Made by a program: the position numbers and the translations under genes. The notes beneath the pieces are model-generated. The model saw nothing but the letters and a program-made list of their open reading frames with translations. It did not search any database and was not told the DNA's origin. This document shows, one piece after another, positions 1 to 10,100 of a stretch of DNA of 64,000 nt (positions within the stretch are counted from its first letter, which is position 1; each line of letters opens with the position of its first letter). Origin of the DNA: an uncultured delta proteobacterium (lineage in GTDB: Bacteria > Desulfobacterota > Binatia > UBA9968); NCBI GenBank assembly GCA_963847445.1, contig CAWJZV010000023.1, positions 140,811 to 204,810 of the forward strand. Direction: 5' to 3'.

Positions 1-424
1 TAGCGGTTTGAACGCTGTGCAGTTATTGCTATCCGGCGTCTTCGATCGCTTTCCCAGCCTGAGAATCTACTGGGCCGAAACGCAGATGGGCTGGCTGCCG
101 TATTATTACGATCAGCTCGACGATGTTTACAAACGCAGCAAGCACTGGATGCAGCGTTACTTTGACCTGAAACCGTTGGCCAAAGAGCCGAGCGCCTATT
201 TCCGCGAACAGTTTTATTGGGGATTTATCTATGACCGCATCGGTGTGCGCCTGCGCTATGACGTCGGCGTCGACAAAATTATGTGGGGCAACGATTTCCC
301 CCATTCGGCCGGCGACTGGCCGAACTCGAAGCGCGTGATTGCGGATCTCTTTTCTGCCGTGCCTGAAGACGAGAAACAGAAGATGTTGGTCGACAACGCG
401 GTGAGTTTTTTCCACCTGAATTAA
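1..424 (+). CDS. Amidohydrolase family protein (LigW/ACMSD-like), C-terminal part, 5'-truncated by window
   Basis: GVFDRFPSLRI..AET..GW, WGNDFPH metal-ligand motif and KMLVDNA..FF end; frame open to window start. Confidence 0.85.
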   Translation, partial: SGLNAVQLLLSGVFDRFPSLRIYWAETQMGWLPYYYDQLDDVYKRSKHWMQRYFDLKPLAKEPSAYFREQFYWGFIYDRIGVRLRYDVGVDKIMWGNDFPHSAGDWPNSKRVIADLFSAVPEDEKQKMLVDNAVSFFHLN

Positions 425-492
425 CTTTTGATTTCACCACGAAGTGAAACATGATCTTACGCACGCCTAAAGAAAATGAAAATCGCGAAACC

Positions 493-575
493 CGTAGGAT
501 GTGGTGAGTCCGCGAACCGCATCGAGCGAGCGCGACTTTCCAACGATGCGGTTCCCTTTGGTCACCACATCCTAC
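493..575. repeat. GTAG-type REP doublet (long imperfect palindrome)
   Basis: GTAGGATGTGGTGA..GAACCGCATC paired with GATGCGGTTC..TCACCACATCCTAC. Confidence 0.75.
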
Positions 576-613
576 AAACCGATACCCTGTATTTTTAGTG
601 TTGAAACATTCTG

Positions 614-1666
614 ATGCCATCGACTAAACCACCAGACTCGCAGCGGCTCCAGGAGCTTAATGCGAAAATCCAGCAGGGTTCGCTGCGCGGCGCATGGCAG
701 CGCGATCGCGGCACGCCGAAGCAGGAAGAGATTCGCCCGTCGGTATGGCGCTGGAACGAGATGGCGCCGCTGTTGCTCGAAGCTGGCGAGCTGGCGCCGC
801 TCGACGATGTCATGCGCATGCGCACGCTGCACATGACCAATTCCGGCGATACCATTCCGCTCGGGGTTTCGCGCACCTTCGCCGCGATGTTGCAGCATGT
901 CAACGGCGGTGAAGTGACCGACTCGCACCGCCATACGGCGACTTCAGTTTACTTCGCGATTCAAGGCAGCGGCATTTATACGACGGCGGAAGGCGAGCAG
1001 CAGTTCATGGAGCCGGGGGATTTGCTGACGCAGCCGAGTTGGACTTGGCATGGCACGACCAATACTGGGAGCGAGCCGGCGATTTGGTTTACCGCCATGG
1101 ATACCGCGTTGATGCAGTATCTCGATAACTGGGAAAATCAGCGATACCCGGAGGTGTTTTCTCAGCCGATTACCAAGCCCGACGGTTTTCACATGAAATG
1201 CTTAGGCCCGCTTCGGGCGCATCGCGCCCTCGATGGGCCTGGGCCGTTTCCGGTGAAATACCGCTGGGCGGAGACTTTTAGTGCGTTGAAAGATCTGGCG
1301 GCGTCGGGTGAGCGCGATCCATTCGATGGCGCCGTTGTAGAATTCCGCAATCCGCAAGACGGCGGTCCGACGACGGCGACGATGAGCTGTCGAATTCAAC
1401 TGCTCGGTCCCGGCGAACAGACGCAGCCCCATCGTCACACCGGCAATACCGTCTACCATGTGGTGCGCGGCCAAGGCGTTGCCAGGATCGGCAAGAGCCG
1501 CGCCGCTACAAGCGACTTGGCGTGGAACGACCGGGACTGTTTCAATGTGCCGACCTGGCACTGGCATCGTTTTCTCAACACATCCAGTTCTGACGACGCG
1601 ATTCTTTTCTCAGTCTCCGACCGGCCCTTGTTCGATGCGATCCATCTGTACCGCGAAGAATCCTAA
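614..1666 (+). CDS. Bicupin, gentisate 1,2-dioxygenase-like
   Basis: Two cupin barrels: SHRHT..YF..GD L..PSWTWHG and PHRHTGN.VY..FNVPTWHWHRF; ends LFSVSDRP..LYREE. Confidence 0.85.
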   Translation: MPSTKPPDSQRLQELNAKIQQGSLRGAWQRDRGTPKQEEIRPSVWRWNEMAPLLLEAGELAPLDDVMRMRTLHMTNSGDTIPLGVSRTFAAMLQHVNGGEVTDSHRHTATSVYFAIQGSGIYTTAEGEQQFMEPGDLLTQPSWTWHGTTNTGSEPAIWFTAMDTALMQYLDNWENQRYPEVFSQPITKPDGFHMKCLGPLRAHRALDGPGPFPVKYRWAETFSALKDLAASGERDPFDGAVVEFRNPQDGGPTTATMSCRIQLLGPGEQTQPHRHTGNTVYHVVRGQGVARIGKSRAATSDLAWNDRDCFNVPTWHWHRFLNTSSSDDAILFSVSDRPLFDAIHLYREES

Positions 1667-1737
1667 ATTCGCGGCGAGTCTCTTAATACCGGCAAATCTC
1701 TTTGCGCCGTCGCTGGAATTGCGTTAAATACGCAAGC

Positions 1738-4700
1738 ATGGCGGATGAGCCAAGCACAATTTGCCGCGCCTGTCAGCATACCAACGCGGCGGACGCGCAG
1801 TTTTGCGACGAATGCGGCGCGTCGTTCAATGCCAACTGCGGGCGATGCGGCGAAAGCAACCGCACTGGCGCGAAATTTTGCAAAAAGTGCGGCGCCCGGC
1901 TTGGTGATGCCGCAAGCGCGGCGGCGCCGAGTCCTGCGGCTTCATCCGTTCCAGCCGATAACGTTGCGGATCGCATGCTCGCGTCGCGCCGCTTCATGGA
2001 AGGCGAACGTAAAAGAGTGACGGTCTTGTTCGCCGACATCCGCGGTTCGACCAGTTTCATCGAGAAACTCGATCCGGAAGAGGTGCGCAAGCATTTCGAT
2101 CCGGTGCTGCGGGTCATGATGGCCGCGGTGCATCGGTACGACGGCACGGTCAATCAAGTTTTGGGCGATGGCATCATGGCGCTGTTCGGCGCACCCCTGG
2201 CGCATGAAGATCACGCCCTGCGGGCCTGCTATGCGGCGCTGGCGATGCAAGCGGAATTGCGCCGTGGCGGCGGCACGGACGGCGCGTTACCCCAGTCGTC
2301 GCGGTTGCAGATCGGCATCGGTATCAACTCTGGCGAAGTGGTCGTCCGCTCTCTGACCAACGATCTCAACATCGACTACTCGGCGCTCGGGCAAACTACC
2401 CATCTCGCCGCGCGCATGGAATCGCTGGCGGGGCCGGGATCGATCGCGATCACCGCCGACACCTTGCGCGAAGTAGAAGGCTTCGTTGAGGTGCGGCCGT
2501 TGGGTGCGCTCCAAGTCAAGGGCTTCTCCACTGCCATCGATGCCTTTGAACTGACCGGGGCGACCGCGGCGCGCAATCGCTTGCAAGCGGCGGAGGCGCG
2601 CGGACTGTCGCCCTTCGTCGGGCGCCGGACGGAGATTGCGTTTGCCCGGCAAATGTTGGCGCAAACTGCCGCCGGCCATGGCCGGATCTTGGCGGTGGTC
2701 GGCGAAGCCGGCATGGGCAAATCTCGTTTGCTGCGCCAGTTTCTCGATCATCACGTCTCCTCCGAGTGGCGCGTGGTCGCAGCGCCGTCGGTGTCCTATG
2801 GCAAGGCGACGCCCTATTTCCCGGTGATCGAATTGCTGCGGGGATTTTTTAACTTGCACGAAAGCGACGACGCCGATGCCGTGCGCTCGCGGGTCGCTGA
2901 AGAGGTGCTGACTCTTGACCCAAGTTTGAGCGACGCCGTGGCGCCGATACTGGCGCTGCTCGAGGCGCTGCCGGATGGGTCAACCGAACCGACCCATTCG
3001 CTGTCGCGGTGGCTCGAGGCGTTCCCCGCTGTCGCGGTCGCAACGGCGAATTACCGTGCCATGGATTTGCCGGGACGGCGCGCATCGACTCTGGCGGTTT
3101 TAGTGCGTTTGCTCTTGCGAGCGAGCAGCTTGAAACCGCTGCTTCTAGTCTTCGAAGACCTGCACTGGATCGACAGCGAGACCCAAGCGTTTCTCGACGC
3201 TTTGGTCGATAGTCTGCCGGTCGGGCGGGTCTGCTTGTTGGTCAACTACCGGCCGGGCTACAGCCACGCATGGGCCAATAAAGAGCACTACAGCCGCTTG
3301 CGACTCAACCCATTGACGGCGGCCGGCGCTGAAGAGTTGCTCGACGCGCTGATGGGCGATCATGGCGATCTGGCGACGGTCAAACAGCTGCTGATTAGCC
3401 GGGCGGATGGCAATCCGTTCTTCGTCGAAGAAAGTGTGCGCTCGCTGACCGCTTCGGGAGTTCTGGTTGGCTCCAAGGGAAACTATCGGCCGGGGGTGCA
3501 AGTCGAGAACATTCGCATTCCCAACACCGTGCAGACAGTTCTCGCGGAGCGCGTCGATCGCTTGCCGGCGCTGGAGAAACAGCTGCTGCAAACCGCCTCG
3601 GTCATCGGCATGATCGTTCCCGAGCGGCTGCTCCAGGGCGTCACGGGATTGCCGGAAGCAGAACTGCGCGGCGCCCTGAGCCATTTACAAACCGGTGAGT
3701 TTCTTTACGAAAGCAACTTGTATCCCAAGTTGGAATATAAGTTCACCCATGCGTTGATCAACGAAGTGGTCTACGGCGCGTTGTTGCACGAGCGCAAGAC
3801 CGCCTTGCATGCGCAGACGGTGGCGGCGATCGAGCGGCTAAGCGGCGGCAATCCGCTCGACGAGATCGAAGCGCTCGCGGACCACGCGTTTCGCGGCGAG
3901 TTGTGGGAAAAAGCCGCCGACTATATGAGCCAAGCGGGCGGCAAGGCGATGAGCCATTCGGCTTTCGGCGAGGCGTTGGACAGCTATACCCGCGCCTTCG
4001 AAGCGCTCGGCCATCTGCCGGAAACCGCGGCGCGGCTTGAGCAGCGCATCGATCTGCACCTGGACTGTCGCAACGTGCTGTTCTTGCGCGGCGATTTGCC
4101 GCGGGTCGGCGACCATCTGGCGCAAGCCGAGGCGCTCGCCGAACGGATCGGCGACAGCCGGCGCTTGGCGCGGGTGCTCAATTTTCAAAATAGTTATTAC
4201 GGCTTGGTCGGCGATCCCGAGCGGGCCATCGAAGCCGGCCAGCGCGCCTTGGCGATGCCGGCGACGCAGCAGGATACCGCGCTGCGGGCGGTGACCAGTT
4301 ACTACACCGGCGTGGCGTATAACAAGATCGCCCAGTATGAGCGCGCGGCGACGGTGCTGCGCAGCGGCATGCAAAGCGTCGAGGGGGCTTTGCGCCACCA
4401 ACGTTTCGGCACCACGGTGATTCTTTCGGTGATCTTTCGCAGCCACTTGTTGCAATCCCTGGCGATGACCGGGGATTTTGCCGAAGGGCTGGCGCGCGGC
4501 GCCGAGGGCGTGCAGATCGCCGATGAGGCGAATCATCCGGTTAGCCAGATTCACGTCAATGCCAGTCTCGGCTTTCTGTATATTTTCAAGGGTGACTTTC
4601 ACGAAGCGATACCGGTCTTGGAGCGGGCTATGACTCTGTGCGAGGAGAAACTTATCGCGATTTATGTGCCCTTGGTTGCGCCGCGGCTGGGTTACGCTTA

Positions 4701-5191
4701 TGTCCGTGCCGGCCGTCAGGCCGAAGGGTTGCGGCTACTCGAGCAAAGCATCGAAGATTCCGCCGCGGTGGGCCGGGCTGGGTTCTTGGCGCTTAATCTC
4801 GCTTGGCTGAGCGACGCCTACTTGAGCGCCAATCGCGTCGACGAAGCGATGGTCTTGGCGGATCGCGCCTGTGAGTTATCCAGACAACACAAGGAGCCGG
4901 GTCATGGCGCTTTGGCGCTCAAGCTGCGCGGCGATATCGCCATGCGCCTAACCGTTAGACAAATCGAGCAGGCCGAGGGGCACTATCGCGAAGCGTTGAG
5001 TCTCGCCAGTGATATGGCGATGCGGCCGCTCCAGGCCCATTGTCATGCGGCGCTTGCCCAAGTCTATGGGGTGGCGGGAAACCTTGAGCAGGCGCGCCAA
5101 GAGTCGAGCGCCGCGCGGGAATCTTTTCGCCGCTCTGGCGATGAATGGCTTCCTGACGATGGTCGAAGGTGATTCAACTCGGTTTAGTTAG
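1738..5191 (+). CDS. Double zinc ribbon - class III nucleotidyl cyclase - STAND/AAA ATPase - TPR protein
   Basis: CxxC repeats, VTVLFADIRGST/VLGDGIMA cyclase motifs, Walker A GEAGMGKS, Walker B LLVFEDLHW, GNPFF, TPR tail; probable terminal frameshift near 5125 (ORF track stop 5172, alternative frame stop 5191). Confidence 0.9.
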
Positions 5192-5235
5192 CCGTCGCCG
5201 CCGGAAAGAAATCCCGCAAGATTTTTTTAGCGATC

Positions 5236-7165
5236 ATGACTCGACGGCTGGCCAAATCACAACGCAAACGATCGTCTGAGAATCATTCACTCTCTATCGA
5301 TGGGGCGGCGCAATCGCTCACCGGCCGGTTCGAACAGCAGGTGGCGCTCCATGGCGCGCGCCTCGCCCTGAAAACCCTAAATCAGGCGTTGACCTACGAT
5401 CAACTGAATCGCGCGGCGAACCGATTGGGCCGTGCCATCTTCAATGAATCGCCGGCAGGCGACGAACCGATTGCGTTGCTCTTCAAACACGGAAGCGCGC
5501 TGATCACGGCGAACCTGGCGGTGCTCAAGACCGGCCGGCCGTTTGTCCAGATCGATGACAAACTACCGCCAGCGCGGGCCGCCCGGCTGATTGCAGACGC
5601 CGGGGCGCGCGCGATCGTCACCGACAGCGAGCACTATCGCTGCGCCCGTGAGCTTGCCGGCAGCGATGTTATCGTGGTCAATCTCGACGCGCTCAAGGAC
5701 GATCTCGCCGATAGCAATCTCGGGTTAGCGATCGCGCCCAGCGCCATCGCCTATATCAACTACACTTCCGGCTCCACCGGCGAGCCCAAAGGTGTCATGT
5801 CGGACCATGGCAGCGAGTTGCATAGCATTCTGGTCAAGGCCAAAGCGTTGGCAATTACCCCGTCGGATCGCATCAGCCTGCTGCGCTCGCACAACGTCGG
5901 CGCCACTTCCGATGCGCTGCTGGGATTGCTCAATGGCGCGGCTCTGTGTCTTTTGGAACTCAAGGAAGCGGGACTGGCCGGTTTGGCCGACTGGCTGATC
6001 GGTGAGCAGGTCACGGTCTTCACTTGTGTCGCCAGTGTGTTTCGCCACGCCCTACGCAGCCTCGACCAGAACGTCACATTCCCTGGTGTTCGTTTGGTGC
6101 ATCTCGGCGGCGAGGCGCTGTTTCAATCCGACATCGCGCTGTTCAAGCAACATTTCATCGACGGTTGCCGATTGGTCAACCGGCTTGGCATCAGCGAGAC
6201 CAAGACCGTCAGCTATTTTTTCATCGACAGGAATAGCATCGTCGAAGAACCGGTGGTGCCGGTTGGCTTTGCTCTAGACGGTTACGAAATCGCCGTGCTC
6301 GACGAAGCGGGAAAGCCGGTGGCGCCAAACACGGTCGGTGCGATCGCGGTGAAGAGCCGCTTTCTCGCCAGCGGCTATTGGCGTCGTCCGGAGTTGACCC
6401 AAGCCAAGTTCTTAACCGATCCTGCCGGCAGCGACGCGCGCATTTTTCATTCCGGCGACCGAGGTTATTTGCGGCCGGATGGTTGTCTCGTTCATGTCGG
6501 CAGAAATGATTTACAAACCAAAGTTAGAGGCCACCGGGTCGAGCTTGCCGAAGTTGAGATCGCCTTGCTCGAGATCGCCGGCGTCGAACAAGCGGCGGTG
6601 GCGGCACGGCCAGCAGCGCGATGGCAGCGCGCGGTTATTGGCCTACGTCGTCTTGCGGGCCGGGAGCGCTCTGAACGTGAGTCAAATCCGCGGCGCGTTG
6701 CAAGAAAAATTACCCGATTACATGATTCCCGCCGCGTTTGTTCAATTGGCACGGCTGCCGATGACCAGCAGCGGCAAGATCGACCGGCGTGGGTTGCCGG
6801 AGGCGCGCCATTCGCGCGACGCCCTCGATGTTCCCTATGCCGCGCCGCAGAACCAACTGGAGACCGTCCTGGGGCGGTTTTGGTGCGAGGTCTTGCAGTT
6901 GGAGAAACTGGGCAGCGCTGACGATTTCTTCGCCCTTGGCGGCGACTCGTTACTGGCCAACGCAATTGTCGCACGGGTGAACCAACTGTTTGCCTTGACC
7001 CAGCCATTGAAAACGCTATTTGCCACGCCGACCGTGGCGCAGCTCGCGGCATGGATCACGGCGCAAGAACGTTTTCCAGGCGCAGCGGCGGAAAGCGCAC
7101 GACTCATGCTCGAGATCGATGGCATGGCGCCCGAGCAGATTTACCGAGCGCTGGGCGACGATTAA
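5236..7165 (+). CDS. NRPS loading protein A-T (frameshift near 6610)
   Basis: YTSGSTGEPKG, LGGE, SGD, KVRGHRVELAEVE; continues in the 6479..7165 frame with SGKIDR and PCP FFALGGDSLL; acidic C-terminal docking-like helix. Confidence 0.9.
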
Positions 7166-7169
7166 TCGA

Positions 7170-10100
7170 ATGAACATGCCTCGCCACTCGAAGCCCCACT
7201 CTGGCGCCGCGCTGGCCGCTGCCAAGCTGCGTTTACTGGCGCAGCTGCGGGATAAAAATACTGATTCAGGCGCCGGTGGCGCGAGCGCAATCACGCCGCG
7301 TCCCCGCGGCGCAGCCGTGCCGCTGTCATTCGCTCAGGAGCGCTTGTGGTTTTTGCAGCAGTGGGAGCCGGCCAGTGCGGTTTACAACGTCGCCCGTGCT
7401 TGGCGTCTCAAGGGGGCGCTCGACGTTGCGCTGCTTGACCGTTGCGTGCAGCGTATCGTACAGCGCCATGAAGTTCTGCGCACGGTGTTGACCAACGAGA
7501 GCGATGGGCCGATGCAGCGGCTCTTGCCGTTGACCGCGCCAGCGCTGCAAATGATAGATTTACGCCACATCGCGCGTCATCGCCGTGACGAGGAAATCCG
7601 CCTGCGGGTTGGCGCCGAAGCCGGCCATTGTTTCAATCTTGCCGCCGAAGCGCTACTGCGCGTTACCCTGCTCCGACTCGATCGCCAAGAGCATGTTTTC
7701 GTTTTTGTCGCGCACCAGGCGGTGTGCGATGGCCGCTCGCTCGATCTGTTTTACCGTGAACTCGAAGCGCTTTACGCCAACGGCGGCGCAGCCGAAGCCG
7801 CGGCCCTCGCCGAGTTGCCGCTGCAGTATGGCGATTATGCGCTTTGGCAGCGCCGGGCGTTCGACGATGCAGCCATGGCGGCGCCACTGGCCTATTGGAA
7901 AAAACAGTTGGGCGGCGTGTTGCCGGTTCTCGATCTGCCGGCGGATAAGCCGCGGGCGGCAGCCGGGAGCTTAAAAGGCGCGCGGCAGAAAATCATACTC
8001 GACCAAGCGCTCACCGCCGGGCTCAAAAAACTTAGCGCCAGGGCATCGAATACGCTGTTCGTCACCTTGATGGCGGCGTTTAACGTCCTGCTCTGGCGCT
8101 ATACGCGGCAGGACGATCTCGTTGTTGGTTTCCCGGTGGCCAATCGCGGCCATCCGGCGCTGGAGAATCTCATCGGCTCGTTCGTCAATACCCTGGCGCT
8201 GCGCAGCGATCTCGCCGGCGATCCGACATTTACCCAACTGCTGGCAAGGCTGCGCGCTAACTTGCAAGAGGCGCTGGCGCATCAGGAGTTGCCGTTCGAG
8301 CGGCTGGTCGATGAGTTGAAGCAAACGCGCGATGCCAACCGCACGGCGATTTTTCAGGCGCTGTTCACGTTTCAAAACCAGTTGCCCGCCGAGTTGAGCT
8401 TGCCTGGCATTCGCAGCGAGGCCATCGACTGCGACAGCGGCGGGGCCAAATACGATCTCAGCCTGGCGTTGGGCGAACGCGACGGCCGGCTCAGCGGCTT
8501 TTTTGAATATCGCAGATCACTATTCGCCGACGACACCATCGCACGCATGCTGCAACATTTCCTCACGCTGCTGAAAGCGATCGTCGCCGACCCGGACCGG
8601 CCGATCGCGCGTCTGCCGATGATGAATCAACGGCAGCGCCGCCTTTTGCTGGTAGAGTGGAACCAGACGCGCGCGGTTCTACCCAAGGCTTGTGTGCATC
8701 AACTGTTCGAACGCCAAGCGCGGCGCACGCCGAGCGCGCTGGCGCTTGAGTGCGGCCCGGAGCGTTTGACCTACGGCCGACTGAATCGGCGCGCCAACCG
8801 CGTGGCGCGCTATTTAACAAAACTTGGCGTCGGGCGAAACTGCGTCGTCGCCGTATGCCTGGAGCGCTCGGTCGATATGGTCGTTGCCCTGCTCGCCGTG
8901 CTCAAAGCCGGCGCGGCCTATTTACCCCTCGACCCGGAATATCCGAGAGAACGGCTGGATTTTATTTTAGACGACGCCCAGGTGTCGGTGCTGATTAGCC
9001 AGAAGAGTATCGCCGACGATCGAGGATGGAGCATGGATGATAGCGATCCTCGATCCTCAATCCTCCATCCTCGACCCCATCTCATATTATTAGATCGTGA
9101 GCGACGAAAGATTGAAACCCATAGCAGCGAGAATATTAGGAGCGGGTCTTCACCGCGCGATCTCGCCTACGTAATTTACACTTCGGGATCGACCGGCCAT
9201 CCTAAAGGCGTCGAGATCGAACAGCGCTCGTGGGTCAATTGCCTGCTGTCAATGCAGCGCCATCTGAAGATCGCCAAAGCCGATGTCTGGCTGGCGGTGA
9301 CGACCGTTTCTTTTGACATCGCCGCGGCGGAAATCTTTCTGCCGTTGATCACCGGCGGGAAATTAGTGGTCGCCAGCCCTGACGAGGCGCGCGATGGCGA
9401 GCGTTTGGCGCAACGATTGAAGAGTTCCGGCGCGACGACGATGCAGGCGACGCCGTCGACTTGGCGTCTGCTGCTCGAAGCCGGCTGGCATGGCGATGGC
9501 GAGTTCAAGATACTCTGCGGCGGCGAGGCGTTGCCGCGCGCTTTGGCTGATCGCTTGTTGGCTTGCGGCCGGCTGTGGAATCTCTATGGCCCCACCGAAA
9601 CAACCATCTGGTCGGCGCTGCATCGCGTCGAGGCTGTCGGCGATACCGTTCCCATCGGCCGGCCCCTGGCGAATACCCAGCTCTATATTCTTGACGGCGT
9701 TAGGCAGCCGGTGCCGATCGGCGTGGTTGGCGAGCTTTACATCGGCGGCGCCGGCGTGGCGCGCGGCTATTTGAATCGGCCGGACTTGACCGCGGAACGC
9801 TTTATCGCGAATCCCTTTAGCCGTGAACCCGGTGCACGGATTTATCGCACTGGAGACCTGGCTCGGTATCAGATCGACGGCACCGTGGAGTTCCTTGGCC
9901 GCACCGACAACCAGGTGAAGCTGCGCGGTTACCGCATCGAATTGGCCGAGATTGAGAGCGTTCTCCGACTCCATCCAGCGGTGCGGGATGCGGCAGTCGT
10001 CGCCGGGGCCACCGGCGGCGAGGGCGAGAGTGAGTTGGTCGCCTACTTGGTGCCCCGAGACGGCGTGACGTTGGCGGAAAATCAATTGCGTGGCTACCTG

